Shown here piece by piece: positions 50,030-61,322 of a stretch of DNA of 63,995 nucleotides. The DNA is from Octopus bimaculoides (Eukaryota): positions 20,732,471 through 20,796,465 of the forward strand of contig NC_068988.1 of NCBI RefSeq assembly GCF_001194135.2, given 5' to 3'. Each line of letters opens with the position of its first letter. Within the stretch, counting starts at the first letter, position 1. The notes beneath the pieces were generated by a model. That model searched no databases, was not told the origin of the DNA, and saw only the letters and a program-made list of their open reading frames with translations. A program made the position numbers and the translations under genes.

Positions 50030-50283
50030 CATGTAACATCATGTAAAAGCACCCATACGGCCCCATGTAAAAGCGTCTGTGTGGTGCCACATAAAAGCAC
50101 CCAGCACACTCTGTAAAGTTGTTGGTGTTAGGTAGGGCATCCAGCCATAGAAACCATGCCAAATCAGACTGGAGTCTGGTGCAGCAACAGCACCCCCACA
50201 CACACACACTTCTCCGAGCTTACCAGCTCTAGTCACACCATCCAACCCATGCCAGCATGAACAACAGACACTAAATGATGATC
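50030..50283 (+). mobile_element. Family C element with repeated taaaagcaccc units
   Basis: gtagggcatccagccatagaaacc...catgccagcatgaacaacagacactaaatgatgat. Confidence 0.72.
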
Positions 50284-50298
50284 TCATTCTAAAAACAT

Positions 50299-50683
50299 GT
50301 TGTTGGCACTCCATCGCTTACGACATCGAGGGTTCCAGTTGATCCGATCAACGGAACAGCCTGCTCGTGAAATTAACGTGCAAGTGGCTGAGCACTCCAC
50401 AGACACATGTACCCTTAACATAGTTCTCGGGGGTATTCAACGTGACACAGTGTGACAAGGCTGACCCTTTGAATTACAGGCACAACAGAAACAGGAAGTA
50501 AGAACGAGAGAAAGTTGTGGTGGAAGAGTACAGCAGGGTTTGCCACCATCCCCTGCCGGAGCCTTGTGGAGCTTTAGGTGTTTTTGCTCAATAAACACTC
50601 ACAACGCCCGGTCTGGGAATCGAAACCGTGATCCTATGACCGCGAGTCCGCTGCCCTAACCACTGGGCCATTGTGCCTCCACC
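50299..50683 (-). mobile_element. SINE family D, full length, 11-bp TSD TCTAAAAACAT
   Basis: TSD at 50288-50298 and 50684-50694; near-identical to 32088-32472. Confidence 0.9.
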
Positions 50684-51506
50684 TCTAAAAACATAAATAG
50701 CATTCTTTAAACATGGAATGATGACAGAGGGTCCACCCAAGCAAAATAGGAATCAAAGGGGTCTGTAGGTAAAAAATGGTTGAGAACACCATCCCAAATG
50801 TAGGAGCAATATTCAAGTCCCTCTTGAGCTTTGTAAAGAGTCAGTAGTTGACCAGAGCTGAAGTACTCGCTGGTTTGCAGCTAATACATGTCGCTATAGA
50901 AACTGATATCAGTAGATCATAATGTATGAAGGCTGCTGTCTATTTTTGGACATAAGAAGACAAGAAACTAAAAGAAATAATTTGTCTATTTAGGTTAATT
51001 AGTTTGAGGATTAATGAATTGAAACTTTGCCAACAACATTATGTGATGTCTCCCCAGCAAAGTCCATGGTTGTCTTAGTTTTCACAGCTGAGAAGTATGT
51101 ACCACTTCTGCTTCAGTGCTGGAAGTAGGGATTGATATTAAAATGGCTGTCCAATGAGTTATAAATATACTTGGTCCCACAATTATTTATGCAAGATATC
51201 TAAACGTTCAGTGTTCCAGCTAATGACAGCATAGAATAATGAATACACAGATTTTTTTTTTTTTATGGTTAAAGAAAAGAAGAAAAAAAGCATATAGTCT
51301 ATTTTATCCCTAATACTAAATTCAGAATCTCTCATGTTTAAACCTATGACCCCTTAAAACAAGTTTGCACAGCTTTGGAAATGACAATGGTCATACAACT
51401 TCGGAGGAAAATAGTGCAAGTTGTAAAAGATTTTGTTTGAGGATTCCCTGATTCTACAAATTCTATAAGCCTTTGATGATGATAATAATAATAATAATAA
51501 TAATAA

Positions 51507-51787
51507 ACTCGAATGTGGAATCTAAAAACAGAAACAATTCCTATCATAGTAGGTGCCTTAGGTATAATAAAAAAATATTCAGACAAATACATAACAAAAG
51601 TACCAGGACTTACAAATATATATAACATACAGAAAATTGCACTACTGGGTACTGCACACATTCTACGCAAAACACTTTCAATACAGTAAACAAGAGTACC
51701 ACAGCAAACCACAGCACATACCCAAGGAGCACAGAGCTGCGCTCGGTAGTGAAGTGACAGCACGTTATATAAATAAAACTACTGAAC
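51507..51787 (+). mobile_element. Second, more truncated copy of R4/Dong-like 3' end E, flanked by (AAT)n
   Basis: About 95-97% identical by eye to 33538-33811. Confidence 0.85.
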
Positions 51788-51822
<35 letters not shown>

Positions 51823-51825
<3 letters not shown>

Positions 51826-52348
51826 TTTGGTAAACAGCAAAGAAGACCTGCTACAGTATGCTGCTAGTGCAGAAGGAGTTAACAAAAATGGACCTGCATG
51901 TGCTCATGAATTTCAAACAAGAACAGCCAACGAGAGAGAAGGAACCCTACTCCATATGGAATTACATGGTCAGTTCCACCGTGAAACCAACAAATTAAAA
52001 GACCAGGAAGCGTCATGGAGGTGGCTCAACAAGGGTGACCTAAAAAAGAATACTGAAAGCCTAATCATCGTGGCCCAGGACCAGGCATTGAATACCAACT
52101 CAGTGAAAAAGAATATATACTACACAAGTGCATCGGACCTCTGCAGAATGTGTGGGAAGAGGGTCGAAAGGGTGACTCACATTGTTAGTGCTTGTGAAAA
52201 TCTTATGCAGAAAGAGTACAAGCCTAGACATGACAAAGTAGCCCAAAACTTCCACTGGCTATTATGCCATAAGTATGGATATGAGGTTACGGGTGCTTGG
52301 TACCAACATACACCGGTAAAGGTAATGGATGAAAAGAGGAAGGCAAAA
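51823..52348 (+). mobile_element. R4/Dong-like RLE retrotransposon ORF fragment with a CCHC zinc knuckle
   Basis: ORF 51827-52420: LHGQFHRE...SWRWLNKGDLKKNTESLIIVAQDQALNT...CRMCGKRVERVTHIVSAC...RHDKVAQNFHWLLCHKYG...WYQHTP. Confidence 0.88.
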
Positions 52349-52370
52349 ATAATAATAATAATAATAATAA

Positions 52371-52911
52371 AATGCTCTGATGCAGTACCAGGCAGTGGCT
52401 CTCATGGCTTCTCAGCATAACTGATTGTAAGTGTTATCATGTACATTGTATTGTCGTGGTATAAAAGATGGGCTACAGCAAATATTCTGCTCAATACCAC
52501 AGATTTGCTTGTCAGTTGTTTGACCTTAACCAGTTGAGCATGTCCCTTGGTGGCTGACCATTTGTGCATCTCTGATCATAAGCAGAAGTAGTGGAGGAGC
52601 ATCATAGCCAAGTGTTGAGAGGAATTCTTTAGGGTTTGGAAGCATGGGTCTTTTGTTCAACATCCTTAAACAACCCATATTCAGAGACCTTTTGAGTGGG
52701 ATGGGCTACTCGACCTGAAGAAAATTCTAACTGGGCCCCACCTACAAAGTCATGCTCTATTTCTCTATTATGAGATCACTATGTTGCGCACATATGGTTG
52801 TGATGCATGTGCCTGGTGTACCCTTATCAGACGGGTAGTCATGATGGGTATACTGGGCTTTATATATTTTACCCCAGTGTCACTTTGATGGCAAGCACTG
52901 CTCTCTCACTC
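52371..52911 (+). mobile_element. Second copy of element F
   Basis: Homologous to 33958-34511; bounded by (AAT)n and (GAT)n. Confidence 0.75.
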
Positions 52912-52918
52912 GATAATA

Positions 52919-52956
<38 letters not shown>

Positions 52957-53777
52957 TTAGTGGTACAAGGCCACAAATTATGGAGAGGGAGTAAAGTTGT
53001 TTGGATCAATTCTCAATACAATGCCAACTGATACTTGATTCAGTTAAATTGTTGCTATAATATAGCAGCAATAGTTTCTATCTTCAACACAAAGTAGTAA
53101 CAAAGAAGACAGTGGTGACAGCAATGGAAATGAAGGAAAGTTAATTGAATCAGTCTCTAGTAGATTATCGTTAATTTTTGATCACTTAATGGATGAAAAA
53201 AATAAGTAAATTCAGTGACATAAAAGTATCTGTGCTGGCTCTCTATAATACCATCTTCACAATGTCTTACACTAATAATATTACTAAGTTCTATTGACAA
53301 TCAGAACTGCAGGTTAGTATCAGGACAGTCTAACTTGTACTTGTAATGGTTAATCTCTGTATTGGAAAAAAGAGGTCAACATAGCAAAGCAGTTCATTGA
53401 ACAACTCACACACTGAAGTGCAATTCAGTTCAGATAACTTGCCTACCAGTCTTTATCAGGTTTTCTCCATTTTCTCTTCATGTTTATGTCCCAAAGCACG
53501 TGTGTATGTGTGTGCATGCATGCGTGTGTGTGTTCTGTGAAAACAGAGAGCAACAGCAATAGCAATGCATGGCTCGTAGAAAGAAGAGTACTCAATACAA
53601 GAGTGATAAAGTGTACTTCTATTTCAAGTAAATAAATTTGATTATCAGATACTTCACTACAGATAGTAGTGTTCAGGTAATGTCTTTATATCTAAATACT
53701 GCTGCTAGAGAGAACAACATAGTAGCAAGTACAAAAAATCAAACTTTTATGTTCTATATATATATATATATATATAT

Positions 53778-54155
53778 ATCATCATCATCATCATCGTTTA
53801 ACGTCCGCTTTCCATGCTAGCATGGGTTGGACGATTTGACTGAGGACTGGTGAAACCGGATGGCAACACCAGGCTCCAATCTAATCTGGCAGAGTTTCTA
53901 CAGCTGGATGCCCTTCCTAACGCCAACCACTCAGAGAGTGTAGTGGGTGCTTTTACGTGTCACCCGCACGAAAACGGCCACGCTCGAAAGGGTGTCTTTT
54001 ATGTGCCACCCGCACAGGCCAGTCCAGGGGCACTGGCAACGATCTCACTCGAAAATCCTACGGGAGCCAGTCAGGCGGTACTGGCAACGGCCACGCTCAA
54101 AATGGTGCATCTCATGTGCCACCCGCACAAGAGCCAGTCCAGGGGCACTGGCAAC
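53778..54155 (-). mobile_element. Family C element with an expanded internal tandem module
   Basis: Several copies of the cacccgcac / gccagtc.agg.g.actggcaac / gccacgctc.aaa modules. Confidence 0.82.
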
Positions 54156-54683
54156 ATATATATTTGTATTGAATATTTTCAAGTTCATGCACTTACCATT
54201 ATTCTTTAAATAGTTTCAGTCATTGGATGGCAGCCATGTTAGAGCAATGCCTTCAAAAGAATTTTAATAGACTACATATCGATTTCAGTATTCATTTCAG
54301 CTTGACACTAACTTTATCAGCCTCTGTTTACTGAATGCCACCACAAGATCCAGTCTTGTTGCAGTGGTTTGTATGCCTCAGTGACATGGAACTATGCTAG
54401 TGGAGCACAAACTCTTGGTAAGACCTTCCATGCTGGAAAGGACAAAGGGTACAGGCCAGACTAATATGGACCTCTTCCCCAAGATAAAAATGGGTTTGTG
54501 TAGAGCCAATAACCCTGCCCGGAAAAGGCTAAGTTACAGAAGCATTAATGACAGTTCAAAGCTAACAAGACCTAGAACAAAAGACAGCCCAGAGTTAAAA
54601 AACAGTGGAGAAAAGGCACTGATGGCTTCTGCTCCATAAGGAGCAAATGGTTTAAATAAATAACTTCTTAAGGTTATGTTTAG

Positions 54684-54995
54684 TGAAGGTGCGTGGCTTA
54701 GTGGTTAGGGTATTTGGCTCGGGATCATAAGGCCATGAGTTCGATTCCTGGCAGTGTTGTGTCCTTAAGCAAGGCACTTTATTTCATATAGCTTCAGTCC
54801 ACTTAGCTGGCAAAAAGAGTAGAAGTTGCATTTCAAAGGGCCAGCCTTGTCACATTTTGTGTGTCAATAAATCTCCTACAGAAGTATGTTAAAGGTACAA
54901 ATGTCTGTGGAGTATTCAGCGACTTGCACATTAATTTCATGAGCAAGATGTTCTGTTGATTGGATCAACTGGAACCCTCATCAATGTAACCAATG
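54684..54995 (+). mobile_element. Family D-related SINE with a different (CORE-like) middle segment and the shared 3' tail
   Basis: tRNA-like head, then gtgttgtgtccttaagcaaggcactttatttc, then the family D tail (tttcaaagggccagccttgtcaca...gatcaactggaaccctc). Confidence 0.65.
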
Positions 54996-55865
54996 AGTTT
55001 TTCTTTTTTAAGTTATGACATTTGCCTCTGAATTAGATTAGAAAATCTAAAAGAGATAACCCTAAAAATGGAATTATAGCATTGTTAATACACAGTAAGA
55101 CAGTATTGACTTATAAGCCTATAATATACTTAGTACTATATTGTGGTTACAAAATGAAAATACTGTTGCCTTACCAGTAATCTATCAAATTGCTTGAACC
55201 TTCAACATAAAGAGAAGCATTGTTTTACACTTCTCACATAATTTCCAGCCACTGTAGTAGAAGACACTTGCCCAATGTGCTATGCTGAACCTAGTGAGGG
55301 CTATGTCAATATATACTTTTAAAATTTCAAGTCACAAAGCTCTCCTCAAGGAAGGTGAACCAGATTTCTAATGTAAGCAGTAAATGTCTATAAACCAAGC
55401 AGCACTGATGAGATAATATCCCAGTTTGTTACATGGTACGACAATAATAAAAAGAAGTTGTTTTGAATGTTTATTTTACTTTTGACAAGTATGTATTATC
55501 TGTTGATTTAAGTGTGTTTTATCCGTTGATTCCCATAAATACATCACTGATTGCTTTCTAGCAATGTTAACCTCATTTTAGTTGGAGATGATGTATTATC
55601 GATATCTGCAAATTTTATTTGCGTAAGTATAATAATATAAACACTATTATAAATTGTTTTAGAGAGAGAGAGAGAGAGAGTTTGCAGTGTTTTAGTGATG
55701 CAGTTTTGGTAATGGTAGATTTCCACATTGCTTAGATTGGGGGTGGGAGAGGTTTATGTGTGGAGGGGCACACGTGTGTGCATATATGAAGAAAATTTGG
55801 TTTTGGCATTGTAAAGTACCAACTTGCAAGTCAAACACTCACCACTAAACCATTTCTCTCTCCCT

Positions 55866-55906
<41 letters not shown>

Positions 55907-56419
55907 ACCAGCTTTGCTACCAGGTAAGTGAGGCAGGTGTTTATGGAACATTGCACATAAATACATCGTTATAAAGTGTTCTTTTCTTCGATTGCTGGTT
56001 CTAGTCATCTAACTGCAGCTGTACTGATGTTTTCTTTAATAATTTTAACTCCAGCCTTATGTTTATATTGGTAAGCACTCACTCACTCACTCACTCACTC
56101 ACTCACATGCATACAACAGACTTCTTCACAGTTTGTCAACCTAATGTGGCTTGCAAGACATTAATCAACCTGAGGCTACAATAGAAGACATTTGCCAAAG
56201 GTGTCACAAAGTGGGCTTCACACCAGAACTTAATAGCTTATCATCATCATCATCATTTAACATCCACTTTTCCATGTTTACATGGGCTAAACAAAATTTG
56301 TTGAGGCATATTTTCTAAGGTCAGCTGCTCTTCTTGTCAGCCTTGCCTATTTTCGCTTACAAACTTCACATGATGTCAAGACAAGGGTACACACAAAACA
56401 TTACATACAGACGACAGAA

Positions 56420-56592
56420 ACAGATATATAGAGGATGGGCTTCTTTCAGTTTCTGTCGACCAAATCACTCACAAGGCTTTAGTTGGCCCAGGGTTATAGT
56501 AGAAATCACTTGTCCAAGGTGCTACTCAGTAGGAGAACCAAAGATCAGATGGCCAGGAAGACAGCTTCTCAACCACACAGCCATGCCTGCAC
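56420..56592 (-). mobile_element. Diverged SINE family A 5' half
   Basis: gggcttctttcagtttctgtc...cactcacaaggcttt...aaccacacagccatgcctgc. Confidence 0.65.
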
Positions 56593-57678
56593 CAAATGGT
56601 CATAAAGGGAATTTCTTAACCACATGTCTACGTCAATTTTTTTTTTACATTGTAAATCACAATGGCCTCCTGCAGATCATCAGTAACAAAAAAAAATATC
56701 AAAGGAAGGAATAACCCACATAGAAGAACTGGTCTTTCAAAGATAACTGCTAAATGCAGTCCTGGATTTGGCAAAACTTTGATTAATCATAGTCAAGAAC
56801 GTAACCAAATGGAAAGGTATTAATGTATTTTCTGCATTTCATCAAGTTATGGCCAAACTGTAACTTTTACACATGCTTCTAAAATACTATAGATAACCCC
56901 AATTCAAGCTTAAAACGGTTGTGATTAATCCAACATACTTGGGTTGTTGCTTCAAAACCTTTGAGAGATTAACAGATTTCTAGTCAATAGTTTTGTTCAT
57001 AAATCATATAAAATCCCGCTGCTATCAAGCAGTTGACATTTCCAGGGCAATTGCCAAAATGATCTTGATATTAAAAGAGTGGCAGCAATGTATACAGTAG
57101 TTGATTATTACATTGTTGAAATGCAGGTAATATAAACAAATTAGTTTATATGTCAATTAATATGAGCTTCAAGTTGACAGGAAGGTCACAGAACATTTTG
57201 AATGAGGTAATGAGCTGCATGTAGAGACAATGATTATGATGATGATGACACCAACAACAATGAGGAGGAGGAGAAGGAGAAGGAGACTGATGACAACTTT
57301 TAAGAAACTAGAAATGACAGAAATTTAACAAAAATTCATTTGTTTCTGTCAAATTCATTTATTTACTATTACATTACATGATCCATGTTGTTCTTCAGCC
57401 CCAGGTCTGCCATGATCCATCAGTCTTATACTATGATCAAAGGTCTTCCAGCTACAGCCATCCTATCTTTTTCTTTTTTTTTTATAGAGGTTACGATGTA
57501 ATGTGATGGTTATATGGTTGTCATTTCTAGCAAGTGGAGAAATCGTTATAGAAGATTGTCTTTCTTGGCTCTTGTTATAAATGTGTTTCTCTTGATAGTG
57601 TATTTTGACTAAACTATTGAAAGTTGTGCTCCAATATGGCAATAATCCAAAGACTGAAACCAATAAAGAAACGAAACG

Positions 57679-57712
<34 letters not shown>

Positions 57713-58755
57713 TTGTTTAAGAGGTTGACTTAAGGAGGGGCCTCCAGCCATAGAAACCAAACAAAGCTGACATAGGGCATGATGCAGCCCTGTGGCTCAC
57801 CAGATCCTGTCAAACTGTTCAACCCATGCCAGCAAGGAAAATGGACATTAAATGATAAAAAATTCACACACACAAACACACACACACATGACTGTTAAAC
57901 TAAGTTGTCTTACAGTGATGTAGCTTGAGTCAATATATGCAATATGGTCACTGGAATATTTTTAAATATTTTAAACTTTAATTGAAAGCACCTCTCTTAT
58001 GTACTAAGTAGGCTCATAAGGAGCATTATATTAAGTAGGCCCATAAAGAGCCCTGAATAATCTGGGAACACATGGCTTCTGAGAAACAATGTTTTCAATT
58101 TTAAAACTCAGTGCAATGTAAGACATCTATTCAGTTAATCATGCTGTACCCAATGCACTACAGCATCAAGATCAATAGATCAATCTACCCAGTTCTGGTA
58201 TGTTGTTGATTAGCTATCAATCACAGAAAGATGAAATACAAAGTTGACCTAGATAAACAGACAGAATGCAAGACTTCAAGGCTGCTATTAGTACTAATAC
58301 TTCAATATCTATTACACCGACTCAGATTAAGTTTATTTCAATAGTGAATCATCATAAACATAACCTGCAATATACTTATGCAAGATAGTATATCTAGTAG
58401 CTAGACTTACTATTTGCTGCAATCTTTCCTTAAAAACTCCCATTTCCATGCATTTTTAAAACAGCATCAAAGGTACAATAGCAGCTACTGAAATACAATT
58501 CTCTCTTATTTGAAAGTACTGTACTTGCTTCAGCCATTGTCATCTTCAATGGGTAGGAGACATTTTGGTACAGCCATTTTGGCCCTGCCTCTTTAGCGTC
58601 ATGAATTCAACATGTTTTCTTCTCAGGATCCTTTAGTACCATGGAAATTCTACTCAAGTAAACAACTTGTAATGACAACTACTAAACTTTGTTTAACTTC
58701 CTGTTTCACTTTATGTATATGATGGCTACTGAAATATTGACGAAATGTGGAAAAT

Positions 58756-58807
<52 letters not shown>

Positions 58808-60256
58808 TCACTATGGATTTCTGTATATCTTTGACTAAGTAGAACTGACATTGAATTTAGATTTTGGCACAGTGAGCAGAAAAATTGCGGGAAGGGAGAC
58901 AGACAGAAAGAGAAAGAAGCATTAAGATGTATTAAATGACTGATTGCTGGAAATATGCCTCTAACTCCCACCCACCCTCTCTCTCTCTGTATTTGTTTAT
59001 ATGAGTGTGTGTGCTTTTTCTTTATGCAAATTTGAAAGTCTATGTCAATTGGTTTCAATAAATAAACTAGATTTCTCTCTCTCTCCCTGCCTGCCTGACT
59101 ATCTATCTATCTATCTGCTTGTGTGTATATATAGATTTCTGTGTACAAGTGTGTGTTTGCCTTCAATGCCAAAAAACTGCTATTACCAAAAAAAGGAAAC
59201 AGGTTCAATATCAGACACCTAGTCATTTCATTCCAATCTTCAACACAAAAGATTTCTTCTTCTTTTTTTTTTTTTTTCTTTAATCTATGAATTTTGGTGA
59301 AAGTGGAAAGGGAAACAACCAATACTATTTTGTTTCAGGGCTTCAGAGACTGATGGAGAAGAAGGCAAGAAATCATGACTCATTTGTTATTCTGAGGCTG
59401 AAGACGTGGTCCAAATGTTTGCAATAGAATAGACTCCACTAAAGATACTCAAGGACCAAATGATAGTGCTAAATTATATGACTGATAGGATTCAATACAA
59501 TTGTTGTTCACTTAATTTCACTTACAAGTCTTGAATGCAACCTAAGGTTATGATATAAGACACCTTCCCATGATGCAACAGTCGAACCAAACTCAGAACT
59601 ATGTGACTGTGAAGCCAAATTTCTTAACCAGACAGCCATGCATGTCTTCAATCTATCTAACAAAAGCCTTTCTCATTGACCTTTAGAATCATTTCTATTG
59701 TTGTCATGCATCTTTCTCTCTTTTCATTATTAATAACATGGTTTATTCACTAAAAATAAACCATTATTTCTGCTCATTTCTTTCTCTGTTTTATATCTCC
59801 ACTGTAACTCTTTTGCATAACTGTCTTGCGACAATATTTGTAAAGAAATACAATGTCTGTGTGATTCAATGAATTCCGAGAGAGATTTAGTAAAATTAAA
59901 GTAGCTTTTACATTATTAACTTAATATTTGGAACATAGCTTTACAGAAAGCCCTTACATAAAACTATAATGGAAGGTTTTAATTCACATATGAACATTTT
60001 AAAATGAGAGGTTTTGTATTATTTAAACCAGAAGTGGATTCAGATTGACTGGCCTGATGGATGCGTTAGGTGGCTAGCATGTGAGGGAATGCAGCAAGAT
60101 GTTTCAGAGGTAATGACACTGTAGTAGGGTTAAAAGAGGCAAGGAGAAGAAACAGATTGTCATTAAGCCAGGAGTTAACGAATCAGTCCCGACATCATCT
60201 TTCGGATGGGGTCTAGGATGCTTGTGTGCATATCACAGAAGCACAAGCCTACATAT

Positions 60257-60545
60257 TCTTTTATTTGTTTCAGTCATTTGATTGCGGCCATGCTGGAGCA
60301 CTGCCTTTAGTCAAACAAATCGACCCCAGGACTTATTCTCTGTAAGCCTACTAATTATTCTATCTGTCTCTTTTGCTGAACCGCAAAGTTATGAGGACGT
60401 AAACACACCAACATCGGTTGTCAGTTATGGTGGTCGGCCCGAGGCTATAGTAGAAGACACTTGCCCAAGGTGTCACACCGTGGAACTGAACCCAGAACCA
60501 TGTGGTTGGTAAGCAAGCTACTTACCACACAGCCACGCCTGCACC
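60257..60545 (-). mobile_element. SINE family A copy lacking the central core and microsatellite
   Basis: Reverse-complement tail half is fused directly to the reverse-complement head (gtcggcccgaggctatag...cagccacgcctgc). Confidence 0.88.
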
Positions 60546-60793
60546 TATATGTGAACAATATTTCAATGANNNNNNNNNNNNNNNNNNNNNNNNNNNNNNN
60601 NNNNNNNNNNNNNNNNNNNNNNNNNNNNNNNNNNNNNNNNNNNNNNNNNNNNNNNNNNNNNNNNNNNNNNNNNNNNNNNNNNNNNNNNNNNNNNNNNNNN
60701 NNNNNNNNNNNNNNNNNNNNNNNNNNNNNNNNNNNNNNNNNNNNNNNNNNNNNNNNNNNNNNNNNNNNNNNNNNNNNNNNNNNNNNNNNNNNN

Positions 60794-60834
<41 letters not shown>

Positions 60835-61042
60835 TTATGTGTCTGTATTTGTCCCCCACCCCAACATCGCTTGACAACCAATGCTGGTGTGTTTACGTCC
60901 CTGTAACTTAGCGGTTCGGCAAAAAGAGACAGCTAGAATAAGTACTAGGCTTACAAAGAATAAGTCCTGGGGTCGATTTGCTCGACTAAAGGCGGTGCTC
61001 CAGCATGGCTGCAGTCAAAATGACTGAAACAAGTAAAAGAGT
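60794..61042 (+). mobile_element. SINE family A, 3' half (head probably in gap)
   Basis: (TG)n followed by the family A tail. Confidence 0.9.
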
Positions 61043-61154
61043 TATCAGAACTCAATCTTTGGTCTTGAAAAGCATATGAAAGGAATCAGAAGTAACAGGA
61101 ACAACAAACCAAAGTAAAAATTACTTCATCATCTTCATTAAAAAAGTAACTTAC

Positions 61155-61322
61155 CTTTTACAATACTGAGTTGGTTTTCTCCACCAGACTGGAAATCATA
61201 TAAAGCCACAAACAAGTTTGGATCATCTTCAGTCTGACTGGACAGTAAATTTTCTTTGGACATCCATTTAGTACCCAGCGCTTCAGTGGGTGCATCAGGT
61301 AGTGGACGATTTAATATTGCTT
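61155..61322 (-). CDS. Abl: Abl tyrosine kinase internal exon (equivalent to human ABL1 exon a2): N-cap and first part of SH3
   Basis: Not in the ORF track; translated by hand: (E)[55 protein letters not shown](G), matching ABL EALQRP...WNSKENLL...[24 protein letters not shown]. Acceptor tttctctcttttgcAG|AA, donor AAAG|GTAAGT, 168 bp, phase 1 at both ends. Confidence 0.96.

Larger units (their letters stand above)
49887..50792. mobile_element. hAT-like MITE hosting nested family C and family D SINEs
   Basis: CAGTGGTCCTCAAAC ... GGTTGAGAACACC; a related 5' fragment lies at about 62881. Confidence 0.5.

Noticed and set aside
51040-51100. Minus-strand AVKTKTTMDF resembling the Abl kinase AVKTLKEDTM
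   Set aside because: Wrong position (inside the a2-a3 intron), no surrounding kinase motifs and an early stop.
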